Shown: positions 10,144 to 19,338 of the stretch, one piece after another
How the letters are laid out: the number at the start of each line of letters is the position of its first letter
Position numbering within the stretch: position 1 is the first letter of the stretch
DNA from: Spirochaetales bacterium
GTDB taxonomy: Bacteria > Spirochaetota > Spirochaetia > JABEVK01
NCBI GenBank assembly: GCA_037142615.1
Contig: JBAXAI010000005.1
Location: forward strand, 32,001-96,000
Length of the DNA stretch: 64,000 nt
Direction of reading: 5' to 3'
Translations under genes and position numbers: made by a program
Notes under the pieces: generated by a model
What the model was told of the DNA's origin: nothing
Database searches by the model: none
The model's input: only the letters and a program-made list of their open reading frames with translations

Positions 10144-11164
10144 GGTACTTCTTCTCCCGGTTGCGCGCAGCGATCGCGCTCAGTGTCGTAATCGCTATGC
10201 TGAGGATGACAATGCCCCCCACGAACACCTCGTGCCAGTAGGTAGGCACCTTCATGATGGTGAGTGCGTTCCCCAAAACGGCGAGCAGGGTGACGCCAAG
10301 AACTGTTCCGACCACCGTGCCCGAACCGCCAAAGATGCTGGCACCGCCCAAGACGACGGCCGCGACGACGTCGAACTCGTGGCCCACCAGCGTGTTGGGC
10401 ACCACGGTCTGCGTGATGAAGGTATGTACCAAGCCACCGAGACCGGCGCAGAAACCCAAAAAGCCGTAGGCGAAGATCCGGTAGCGCAGAATGTCGATTC
10501 CCGCGCGTCGGGCTGCTTCCAGGTTTCCGCCCATGGCGTAGAGCTTTCGGCCGGCCTTGAAGTAGTGCATTAAAAGGCCCGCCACGACCGCGACTGCGAT
10601 CCAGATCACCACGATGATCGAAAGGCCGTAGCTCACCCCGTCGGCATTCTGAAAGGAGATCACGTAGGTCTGCGGAAAGTGGTCGAACCACTCGGGAAAG
10701 CCGTTGAGCCACTCGCCGCCAGTAATGAACTGCAGCAACCCAAAGAAGATGTTGAGGTTGGCAATGGTAATGATGATGGGCGGTGCGTTCAGGTAATGGA
10801 TGAGCAGGGCGTTCAGCGACCCGAGAGCCACTCCGACCACCAGGGGCAGCAAGACGGCGACGGCCGGCGGAATATCGGGGTTGGCGATCAAGACTGTGCC
10901 CATCACGTACTGTGCGACGGTCGCAACCGCCGTAAAGGACACGTCAAGGCCGCCGGAAACCAGCACCAGCAAAAAGCCGATGGCAAAGATCCCGGTGTAT
11001 GAGGCGCTGAGCAAGATCGAGAACAGATTCTCGGGCCCGAGAAACCGCGGGCTGACGATGGTGATCGCGGTCACCATTCCCAAGAGGACCAGCAGGAGAA
11101 CCATTTCGTTCTGACCGAAGAGGCGCTGGAGGCGAAGTTGGACTGTGGGGCTACTATTGATCAT
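10133..11164 (-). CDS. sugar ABC transporter permease
   Basis: GGLDVSF, GRKLYAMGGNLEAA and AAVVLGGASIFGG motifs. Confidence 0.92.
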   Translation of the reverse strand: MINSSPTVQLRLQRLFGQNEMVLLLVLLGMVTAITIVSPRFLGPENLFSILLSASYTGIFAIGFLLVLVSGGLDVSFTAVATVAQYVMGTVLIANPDIPPAVAVLLPLVVGVALGSLNALLIHYLNAPPIIITIANLNIFFGLLQFITGGEWLNGFPEWFDHFPQTYVISFQNADGVSYGLSIIVVIWIAVAVVAGLLMHYFKAGRKLYAMGGNLEAARRAGIDILRYRIFAYGFLGFCAGLGGLVHTFITQTVVPNTLVGHEFDVVAAVVLGGASIFGGSGTVVGTVLGVTLLAVLGNALTIMKVPTYWHEVFVGGIVILSIAITTLSAIAARNREKKYHAQ

Positions 11165-11182
11165 ACCGGTACCATCCCTGGC

Positions 11183-12673
11183 TTACGAAAGATTGAAGTT
11201 CTCGAACAAGTCGCGCTCGGCGTCGGGCCCCGGAACAACCTCGTGCACGAACCTTCCCTTCTGCATGACGAGGATTCGATGGCAGTTGGCCAGCACCTCG
11301 GGAATCTCATCCGAGATGAGGATGATGCCGATTCCCTTTGTAGCCAATTCCTTTACCAAATCATGGACGCCGTTCTTGGCCAGCACGTCGATACCGATGG
11401 TTGGTTCATCCAGGATGAGGAGTTTGGGGTTGGTAGCCAGCCACTTGGACAGGACCACTTTTTGCTGGTTTCCACCCGAGAGCGTCTTCACCGACGAATC
11501 GAGCGAGGGGATCTTGATTTGCAGGTCTTTGACCCAGGTTTCGCCGTCGTGTTTCATCCGCTTTTTGTCGAGCAGGCCCAGCTTGGACAGCAGATTGTCG
11601 AGTACCGTCAGGCTCATGTTGTCGAGAATAGTCTGGGCCTGAATGACCCCCTGCCGCAGCCGGTCTTCGGGAACATAAACGATCCCCAACTTTTTGGCTT
11701 CGCTGTTGGTGCGAAGCTTGATGGGCTTTCCTTCCAGCAGAATGGTGCCGGAATCGGGATGTGTCATACCGAAAATCGACAGCGCCAACTCGGTTCGGCC
11801 CGAACCCAAAAGGCCGGTGATTCCGACAATCTCTCCCTTCTTGACGGTAAAGGACAGGTCGGAAAACTCGCCGTTGCGGGTGAGGTTCTTCACCTCGAGC
11901 AAGGTTTCGGCAGCCGGGTCGAGGGGCGCGGGCGGAGCGCTCTCGTATTTGCGGCCCGTCATCAAGAAGACGAGCTTTTTGTGATCGATTTCGGCGGGCG
12001 TGTATTCGCCAATCTTTTCACCGTCACGGAGCACGGTGACGCGCTCGGCGATCTCGAACACTTCGTTGAGCTTGTGGCTGACGAACATCGTGGTCACGCC
12101 GCGGGCCTTGAGGCGGGCAATGACTTCAAACAGCGCGTTGACTTCCTTGCGGGTCAGCGAGGCCGTCGGTTCGTCGAGAACCAGCAGTTTTGGCTCGCCA
12201 ATCAAAGCGCGGGTGATTTCGACCAGTTGCTGCTGGGCGATGGGCAACGAACCCGTCAGGCGGTTGAGGTCGAGATCGAGGCCGATCAAGTCCATGGCAG
12301 CGCGTGCGGTCTTTTCAACCTTTCGCCACCTCACCAGCAAGGAGCCTTTGTCGCTGAACGACTGGAAGGCAATGTTTTCCTTGACGGTCAGGTTGGGAAA
12401 GAGAGCCAGGTCCTGATAGATGACGCGCACGCCCTGTTCGAGCGCTTGTTGGGCGGTCAGATGGGGAAAGACCTTCCCGTCGATGGTGATCTCGCTACCT
12501 TCGTCGGGCTTCACCACTCCTGAAAGGATTTTGATCAAAGTGGACTTACCGGAGCCGTTTTCACCGCAAAGGCAGTGCACTTCGCCCCGTTTCAGCTGAA
12601 AATCGATCTGTTTGAGCGCCTGCACTCCCGCGTAGTTCTTTGTAACATGGCGCATCGCTATGAAGTCCGACAT
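11183..12673 (-). CDS. sugar ABC transporter ATP-binding protein (two NBDs)
   Basis: GENGSGKST, LDEPT twice and LSGGNQQK. Confidence 0.95.
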   Translation of the reverse strand: MSDFIAMRHVTKNYAGVQALKQIDFQLKRGEVHCLCGENGSGKSTLIKILSGVVKPDEGSEITIDGKVFPHLTAQQALEQGVRVIYQDLALFPNLTVKENIAFQSFSDKGSLLVRWRKVEKTARAAMDLIGLDLDLNRLTGSLPIAQQQLVEITRALIGEPKLLVLDEPTASLTRKEVNALFEVIARLKARGVTTMFVSHKLNEVFEIAERVTVLRDGEKIGEYTPAEIDHKKLVFLMTGRKYESAPPAPLDPAAETLLEVKNLTRNGEFSDLSFTVKKGEIVGITGLLGSGRTELALSIFGMTHPDSGTILLEGKPIKLRTNSEAKKLGIVYVPEDRLRQGVIQAQTILDNMSLTVLDNLLSKLGLLDKKRMKHDGETWVKDLQIKIPSLDSSVKTLSGGNQQKVVLSKWLATNPKLLILDEPTIGIDVLAKNGVHDLVKELATKGIGIILISDEIPEVLANCHRILVMQKGRFVHEVVPGPDAERDLFENFNLS

Positions 12674-12781
12674 CGGTGTTTTCCTTGGGCGGGTGGTGTA
12701 AAGGGGGCCGGGCAGGACCCCGTAGCAAGTGTACTACAGAATCTTGCCCGGCCGTTATGTCAGAGAAGAGAGCGGGAACTA

Positions 12782-13813
12782 CTAGAACCCGAAGGAGTCG
12801 GCGTTAGAGGCGGAAACTTCGGCGTCAGCATGGAAGGTGATCACACCGACCTTGCTGGCGTTGGGCGAGACCGACTGTGCGCCGAACTGAGGCAGGTTTC
12901 CGATATCTTCGAGCTTCACGCCCGAAAGCATGCGTTCGATGATGTAGGCGGAATCCTTGCCGATCAGGTAGGGGTTACCGATGTAGCTGGCCTTGAGGCT
13001 GCCGTCGAGCAGGTACTTCTTGGCTTGGCTGGGAACAGCCGAACCAACGATGGCCACACGCTTTTGCACACCCTTTTCGGTGACAGCTTGGGCGCCGCCG
13101 ATAGGACCGGCCGAACCGACGTACAGCACGCCGACCAGGTCGGGATACGCGGTGATCAACTGCAGGGTCTTGTCATGCGCTTCCTGAACGTTTTCCGAAC
13201 CTTCCAAGCGACTGGTCACTTGCTTCAGGTCGGGGTAGTTCTTGGCAAGGTATTCGACAGCGGCATCGGCGCGGGCGTTATGGCCCTGGTTGGTCAAGCC
13301 ACCGACCATGACAGCGTAGCCACCCTTGGTTCCGGCATGCTTCACGAAAATGTCAGCCATGTCTTTGCCTTCTTTGGCAAGAATGAAGAACTCAATGTCG
13401 GCGTAAGCGTTCACAATGGTCGAAGCTTCCGAAGTCAACATCAGGATGCCGGCGGCCATCCCTTTCTTCATGGCAGGTTCGATGACAGCGGTGTCGTTGG
13501 GAACAACGAGAATACAGTCAGGCTTCTTGGCGATCGCATCTTCGATCAGACGGGCCTGAGCGGCGGGGTCGGTGGTCGCTGCACCGCTGACGGTGTACTT
13601 GATGTTGCTTCCCTTGGCGAAGTCATTGAAACCTTGGGTCATGGCATTGAACCACGGCACTCCGACAAGCTTGGGAACGAAGATCACAGAAAACTGCTTG
13701 ATCTTGGCCTTGGGGATCGACTGTGCAGACAACGACGGTGCCGCAACCAGACCGAGAACCAGAGCGGACAGAACGGCGAGCCGCGCGATGCGCGACACCA
13801 CTTTAAGAATCAT
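12782..13813 (-). CDS. sugar ABC transporter substrate-binding protein (LsrB/RhaS-like)
   Basis: Signal peptide; VPKLVGVPWFN and DPAAQARLIED motifs; GGAGG SD. Confidence 0.9.
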   Translation of the reverse strand: MILKVVSRIARLAVLSALVLGLVAAPSLSAQSIPKAKIKQFSVIFVPKLVGVPWFNAMTQGFNDFAKGSNIKYTVSGAATTDPAAQARLIEDAIAKKPDCILVVPNDTAVIEPAMKKGMAAGILMLTSEASTIVNAYADIEFFILAKEGKDMADIFVKHAGTKGGYAVMVGGLTNQGHNARADAAVEYLAKNYPDLKQVTSRLEGSENVQEAHDKTLQLITAYPDLVGVLYVGSAGPIGGAQAVTEKGVQKRVAIVGSAVPSQAKKYLLDGSLKASYIGNPYLIGKDSAYIIERMLSGVKLEDIGNLPQFGAQSVSPNASKVGVITFHADAEVSASNADSFGF

Positions 13814-13827
13814 ACATGCCTCCTAGG

Positions 13828-13945
13828 CGAATTGGTATAGTGCATATTCGCGCCACTCTCCGAATCTGTCAATACCAATTATTTAACTTTGGATACGATT
13901 TGTCTTGCACGAAGTTTACCATTTGGCTATTATTCCTTTACCAAG
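13828..13945. promoter_or_regulatory. divergent promoter region with candidate GntR-type operator half-sites
   Basis: + strand TTGCAC(13905)-N17-TATTAT(13928); - strand TTGACA (13867-13872); inverted AATTGGTAT(13830)/ATACCAATT(13872). Confidence 0.55.
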
Positions 13946-13958
13946 TTCGGAGGATTGC

Positions 13959-15053
13959 ATGAAGAGCAAGGATATCTATGCGGAGTTGCTGAGTCAGGTC
14001 GAGCAGGGAACCTGGAAGCCGGGCGACAAACTTCCCACCGAGCGCGAGTTGTCGGAACGCTACGGCGTGTCGCGCCCCACGGTGAGCCGCGTGCTCGACC
14101 AATTGCGCGACCTGGGCCTGATCGAACGCATCGTGGGCTCTGGCACGTATCTGTCGTCGCAATCGGGCAAACGCAAGGGCACGCAAAAAACCTTCGGCCT
14201 GTTTGTTCCTGGGCTGGGCCGCGGCGAAATCTTCGAGCCCATCTGCACCCGCATCGCCGAGCTGTCGCACGAATACGATTTCTCGCTCATTTGGGGCAGC
14301 ATCCCCAGCGGCCACGATGAGTCCACCGAGGAACGGCTGTACCAGACGGCGCAGCGGTTCATCGAAGGCGGGGTAGACGGCGTGTTTCTCCAGCCGGTCG
14401 AGCGCGAAGCGGGCCTTTCGAACAAGAACCTCCGCCTCGCCTCGATGTTTGAGAGCGCCGGCATTCCGCTGGTCTTGCTCGACAGCGATTATCTGCTCTA
14501 CCCTGAGCGAAGCGCCCACGACTTGGTAGGCATCGACAACATCCAGGCGGGGCTGGTGCTGTGCACCCACTTCCTGGAAAAAGTCCCCAGGCGGATCGAC
14601 TTTCTGTGGCGTCCCAACACGGCAGGAACCTATGCGGTTCGCTTGATCGGCTACCGCGAGGCCTTGCAGCGCGCGGGGATTGAGCCCAGCCGGGCCTACG
14701 AACACCGGGGCAAACCCCACGACGCGGAGTTTGTCGCCGAAATGATCAAAGGAGGCGCCCATGACATCATCTGCGTCAACGACGAGACGGCCGTCACTCT
14801 CATTATCACGCTGGAGAGTTTGGGCCTCCGGGTGCCCGAAGACGTCCGGGTGGCCGGTTTTGACGACCTCAAGTACGCCAGTCTGGCGCATGTGCCGCTA
14901 ACCACCATGCACCAACCCTGCCGCGAAATCGGCGAGGTAGCGCTGAGCGCGATGCTGTCGCGGGTCGCGAATCCCGGCCTCCCCCCGCGCAACCTGACCA
15001 TCGCGGCTGAACTCAAGGTGCGCAAGTCATCGTGGACGGGCACCCCCGCGTGA
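13959..15053 (+). CDS. GntR-HTH / LacI-sensor (AraR-type) transcriptional regulator
   Basis: LPTERELSERYGVSRPTV at the N-terminus; VPEDVRVAGFDD and PLTTMHQP at the C-terminus. Confidence 0.92.
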   Translation: MKSKDIYAELLSQVEQGTWKPGDKLPTERELSERYGVSRPTVSRVLDQLRDLGLIERIVGSGTYLSSQSGKRKGTQKTFGLFVPGLGRGEIFEPICTRIAELSHEYDFSLIWGSIPSGHDESTEERLYQTAQRFIEGGVDGVFLQPVEREAGLSNKNLRLASMFESAGIPLVLLDSDYLLYPERSAHDLVGIDNIQAGLVLCTHFLEKVPRRIDFLWRPNTAGTYAVRLIGYREALQRAGIEPSRAYEHRGKPHDAEFVAEMIKGGAHDIICVNDETAVTLIITLESLGLRVPEDVRVAGFDDLKYASLAHVPLTTMHQPCREIGEVALSAMLSRVANPGLPPRNLTIAAELKVRKSSWTGTPA

Positions 15054-16207
15054 ACAAAACCTCGTTCCGCAACCCGGCCATGTTCACGTTGTACGCCCTG
15101 GCCGCGCTGTACGCGTACCTTCAAACCGGGATCGGTCCGGCGGTTCCCTTCTTGCGACAGGAGTTTCACTTCGACTACACGATGGCCTCGCTCCACGCCA
15201 GCGCGTTTGCCGCCGGCATGGTGCTCGCCGGTCTGGTGGCGCCCCGCATCATGGCCCACTGGGGCGTCCGCTGGAGCCTCTGGGGCGGGCAGTTAGGCCT
15301 GTTTGCCGGGTTCACGGCGTTGGTGATCGCACCCAACGCGTGGTTCACGCTGTCGGCTATTTTTGTGGCGGCCTTGGCGGGCACCACGAGCGTGATCGCT
15401 GTGCAGGCTTCCATTTCGCTGCTGGCGGGCGAGCGCCGCAGCCAGGCGCTCCTCGAGGCCAACATCGCTACCAGCCTGACCAGCGCCGTCGCGCCAATCG
15501 TGTTGTTGGTCGGCACGGGGCTGGCCACCGGTTGGCGGACGTTGTGGCCGGTGTTTGTGGTGGGACTGGTCGCGGTCTTCGCGTTCGGGTTCCGGGCGCT
15601 GTCGCAGAAGTTGCCCCAACGCTCGGTAGAAGAAGAACACACGGACGAAAAGCTCCCCAAAGCCTTCTTTGTGGCGTGGCTGTTTATTTTTGTCGGCGTG
15701 TCGGTGGAGTGGTGCCTGGGCTTTTGGGCCACCTCGTACCTCAAGGAACTGCCCGGGCATTCCGACTCGGTGGCAGTCACCGGTGCCATCGTGTTTCAGC
15801 TTTCGGCGGTGGCGAGTCGGCTCATTTCGAGTCGTTTGACGCGGCGGGTGGGCGAAACGCGAATGTTGCTGGCGGCGATTGTTCTGGCCGCTATCGGCTT
15901 TCCCCTGTACTGGACGCTCACCTCACCTGTCGCTTCGATCGTAGGGCTGGGGTTGTGCGGCATGGCCGTAGCCCTCTTCTACCCGCTGGGGTTGTCGCGG
16001 GCGATCGGGATCGCCGGTGCCCAGGCGGCGAAGGGGAGTTCGTACAGCACCGTCGGCTCCGGTTCGGCTGTTTTGACCGCTCCGCTGGCCCTGGGCCTTA
16101 TGGCCGACCAGTGGGGACTCTCTGTGGCGCTTCTGGCGGTACCGGTGGGGCTGGCCGCTCTGCTGATTCTGCTGTTGGTGCAACGAAAGCCCTCGTCAAA
16201 ACTCTGA
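15050..16207 (+). CDS. MFS transporter
   Basis: About 12 TM helices; GTGA overlap with the regulator stop. Confidence 0.85.
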   Translation: MNKTSFRNPAMFTLYALAALYAYLQTGIGPAVPFLRQEFHFDYTMASLHASAFAAGMVLAGLVAPRIMAHWGVRWSLWGGQLGLFAGFTALVIAPNAWFTLSAIFVAALAGTTSVIAVQASISLLAGERRSQALLEANIATSLTSAVAPIVLLVGTGLATGWRTLWPVFVVGLVAVFAFGFRALSQKLPQRSVEEEHTDEKLPKAFFVAWLFIFVGVSVEWCLGFWATSYLKELPGHSDSVAVTGAIVFQLSAVASRLISSRLTRRVGETRMLLAAIVLAAIGFPLYWTLTSPVASIVGLGLCGMAVALFYPLGLSRAIGIAGAQAAKGSSYSTVGSGSAVLTAPLALGLMADQWGLSVALLAVPVGLAALLILLLVQRKPSSKL

Positions 16208-17206
16208 CGGGAGTTGACGAAGGCTGCGGCGCGCGACGAGCTCGACGGGAACTACGGAGTCCCGGGGGTAAGCCTTTCCCGCAATCAGGGCCAAGGCCGC
16301 TTCGCCCACCGCCTGCCCTACCCGGTCGAGGTCCTGCCGAATCGTCGATAGCTCAAGGACCTCGCCGAGGGCCAAGCCGTCGAACCCAACCACCTGAACG
16401 TCGTTTGGTACAGCTAACCCCAGGTCTTGCAAGGCTTTGATCGTTGGGAACGCCACAAGGTCCGACGTGCAGAAGAGGGCGTCGAAACTGCCGCGGGGCA
16501 ACGAATCGAGGTAGGCCCGGACCGCAGCAACCTCGGGTTCAAGCGCCTGCTGCCGGGAGGTTACTCCTGCTAGAGCAAGTTCTTCGACAAAGCCGGCCAA
16601 GCGCGCGGCGAGCGAACTGCTGAAGCCAGGGTGACGCGGACTGAGAACCACAATGCGGCGGGCGCCACGGTCGAGCAAGGCTCTGGCAGCGAGTTGCCCA
16701 CCCCGGTGGTTGTCGCAGGTGACCGAGGCCAGCCGGAGCCCCGGGGGTGCCTCGATCACGCGGTCGGCCAGCACCACAGGGATGCCGGCAGCCAGCAGCC
16801 GTGGATTGAGTTGACCGGTCACCGGGGTCAACACGAGGGCATCGACCTGGTTGTCGAGCAAAGTGTGGATGTAGAAATCCTCGGTGGCAGGGTCTTCTTC
16901 CGAGTTGCAAAGGAAGACCCCATAGCCGTGTTGGCGAAACACCCGCTCGACGGCCTGCGCCAACGTGGCAAAGAAGGGATTCGACACGTCGGGGATGAGC
17001 AGCCCGACAAAGTGCGAGCGGTTGCTCCGAAGCTTTTGCGCGAGCAGGTTCTTGCGGTAACCCAGCGCTTCGGCCGCCTGAAGCACGCGCTGGCGAACCT
17101 CTGGCGACACGGGACCAGAACCCAGCGCCCGGGACACCGTCGTGCGAGAAACCCCCGCCTGCCGGGCGACCTCGAGCAGGCGGAGTTGTGGGCCTTTGGG
17201 TTCCAT
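16196..17206 (-). CDS. LacI-family transcriptional regulator
   Basis: VARQAGVSRTTVSRAL and VPNDVQVVGFDG motifs. Confidence 0.92.
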   Translation of the reverse strand: MEPKGPQLRLLEVARQAGVSRTTVSRALGSGPVSPEVRQRVLQAAEALGYRKNLLAQKLRSNRSHFVGLLIPDVSNPFFATLAQAVERVFRQHGYGVFLCNSEEDPATEDFYIHTLLDNQVDALVLTPVTGQLNPRLLAAGIPVVLADRVIEAPPGLRLASVTCDNHRGGQLAARALLDRGARRIVVLSPRHPGFSSSLAARLAGFVEELALAGVTSRQQALEPEVAAVRAYLDSLPRGSFDALFCTSDLVAFPTIKALQDLGLAVPNDVQVVGFDGLALGEVLELSTIRQDLDRVGQAVGEAALALIAGKAYPRDSVVPVELVARRSLRQLPSEF

Positions 17207-18075
17207 TAGCCTTCGAGCATAAAGCGCGAGAACCGCAAACTTTCGGCCGCGTCGCGGTCAAGCTTGGCCTCGCTGGCCTTGTTGCTCAGGTCGCGCCACA
17301 CCCGGATGTCGTTGCCGACGGCGCCGCCGGCTTTCACGAAGGGCTCCATGACCACGTTGCCGTTGTAGCCAATCTCGCGCAGCGCCTCGCCGATTTCGCG
17401 CCAGGGCATGCGGCCCTGACCCGGTACGCGCCGGTTGCACTCGCCGGTGTGGAAGTGGCCCAGCAGGCTGCCCGCCGTACGGATGGCACCACCGATGGAG
17501 TCTTCCTCAATGTTCATGTGAAAGGTGTCGAGCATCACCTTCACGTTGGGCCGACCCACCTGCTTCACGAACGCGACGCCCTCTTCGGCCGTGTTGAGCA
17601 CGAAGTTCTCGAAGCGGTTGAGCACTTCGATGTTCAGCGTGATGCCCAGGTCTTCGGCAACCTTGGAAATGTCACGGATGCCATCAGCCCCGCGCTGCCA
17701 GTCGCCCATTTTGTCGACGGGTTTGGTGTAGTCGGCCGGCCAGTAGGAATGCAGCGCACCACCGATGGCCTTCACGTCGAGCCGTGCGATTTGAGTGAGC
17801 GTTTCGGTGAAGAACTTTTTGCCGCGTTCGCGCACGGCGGGGTCGGCCGACGAAAGGTTCTTGTCGGCGGTGGGGCCAATGCCGGCGGTCAAGATGATGC
17901 CGTTGGCTATGGCTGCGGTGCGAATCTCGTCGATCTGCTTGTCGCTATAAGTCGTGATTTGGTGGGCAGCGATCTCGAGCACATCGAAGCCGAGCTTGTG
18001 GGCCTTTTCGATGTAGTACTTGAAGTCACCGATCCATTCCTGTTCCCAGTACGCGTAGTAAATTCCGAACTTCAT
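17206..18075 (-). CDS. D-psicose/D-tagatose 3-epimerase family protein
   Basis: MKFGIYYAYW, EVLNRFE, LDTFHMNIEE, HFHTGECNRRVPG and VMEPF motifs. Confidence 0.9.
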   Translation of the reverse strand: MKFGIYYAYWEQEWIGDFKYYIEKAHKLGFDVLEIAAHQITTYSDKQIDEIRTAAIANGIILTAGIGPTADKNLSSADPAVRERGKKFFTETLTQIARLDVKAIGGALHSYWPADYTKPVDKMGDWQRGADGIRDISKVAEDLGITLNIEVLNRFENFVLNTAEEGVAFVKQVGRPNVKVMLDTFHMNIEEDSIGGAIRTAGSLLGHFHTGECNRRVPGQGRMPWREIGEALREIGYNGNVVMEPFVKAGGAVGNDIRVWRDLSNKASEAKLDRDAAESLRFSRFMLEG

Positions 18076-18112
18076 GCGTTTCTCCTTTTGTTGGCCACCC
18101 AGCGGTGGCAGT

Positions 18113-19210
18113 TTACTTCTGCAAAATAGCGGGCCGCTCGAACCTCTTGTCACCCAAACGAACCGTGACCAGAGGGAAAGACCGACCTGCGGTGACCGGC
18201 ACCGGTCCGGAAGCGGTCACCAAAAAGGTCTGCTCCGACTTGGTCCCGGCGATGGTGGGGTTCCAGCAGAACCCCTGCCCGTCAAACAGGGCACCCTGGC
18301 TATCGGGGGTGACGTCAAACTCGCGCGGTTGAAACCCCAGGCCGCCACCGATGGGGTGCTGCTTCCATTCTTCGGGCCAGCCAAGTTCGCGGTAATCTCG
18401 CACCATCGCGGCGACGAGGGTCTTCACCGGCGCACCGACCACGCTGTTGCCCTGTACCGAGGCCTCGAGCGTACAGGCCACCAGGTGTCGCGCGGCGAGG
18501 TCGGCGGGAAGGGGCCCAAAGTGCACCGACCGCGTGAGGGTGACGTGCAGGCCAAACCGGCGGAAGCAAACGGAAAAGACGCCGTAGCGTTCCAGAACCC
18601 GTGAGGTGGGAATCGCGTGGCGGAACGCAAAGGCCCGTTCGTCGGTTGCCAGGTTGAGCACCAGCGGCTCCATGCCTGCACTCCAGGCGGCGCGGGCCAG
18701 GTCGCCAGCGAGCTCGTTTTCGCGGCGGCCCGGCTGCACCCCGAGCGCGAACTGCTCTACGAGCTCGGCCGACTCGGCGCCCAGTTGCCGCAGCAACTCC
18801 TGTTCGTGCCCCGACAACTGCTGCCGCAGAACCGACAACTCGGCCTCGACATTGCGGTCTATCAGGATGGACTGGGAGGAAAACCCAGAGCTCTGCCAGT
18901 GGGTTTCGAACCGCTCGTACCACGGCCAGGCCACGAGCTCCAGGCCCCAGCCGGCCACTTCTTCCCGCTCCAAACGGGGTGCCTCGTTGGTGGTGGTGAA
19001 CAATACGACCCGGTCGGCGGTGATCAGGACCTTGGCGACCGAGCCCTCGCTGGCCAGGCTGACGAACGAGCGGCCATGGGTCAGCCAGCCGAAGTTCGTG
19101 ACGGTGGTGAGCAGCAGGCCGTCGGCCGATCTTTGGACCAGCCAAGCCCGAAGGCGCAGCAGTTTTGCCTCGTAGTCTTCCCTATGCCTGTCCGCCTTTT
19201 GCCCATTCAC
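18113..19210 (-). CDS. M24/creatinase-fold protein
   Basis: Creatinase-like N-domain; FRHAIP, EWKQHPIGG and WNPTIAGTKSE motifs; GGAGG SD before GTG 19210. Confidence 0.8.
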   Translation of the reverse strand: MNGQKADRHREDYEAKLLRLRAWLVQRSADGLLLTTVTNFGWLTHGRSFVSLASEGSVAKVLITADRVVLFTTTNEAPRLEREEVAGWGLELVAWPWYERFETHWQSSGFSSQSILIDRNVEAELSVLRQQLSGHEQELLRQLGAESAELVEQFALGVQPGRRENELAGDLARAAWSAGMEPLVLNLATDERAFAFRHAIPTSRVLERYGVFSVCFRRFGLHVTLTRSVHFGPLPADLAARHLVACTLEASVQGNSVVGAPVKTLVAAMVRDYRELGWPEEWKQHPIGGGLGFQPREFDVTPDSQGALFDGQGFCWNPTIAGTKSEQTFLVTASGPVPVTAGRSFPLVTVRLGDKRFERPAILQK

Positions 19211-19338
19211 CGCGATTTCCTCCGGGTGAACACCTGTGGAATCGATTCCACTGCCACCCAGCCCATAGTGGGCCCGGATGGCCCCGGTGTCAACCAGAAC
19301 TTTGTTCACCATTGCTTCTGACACGGCCGAGCCGTATC

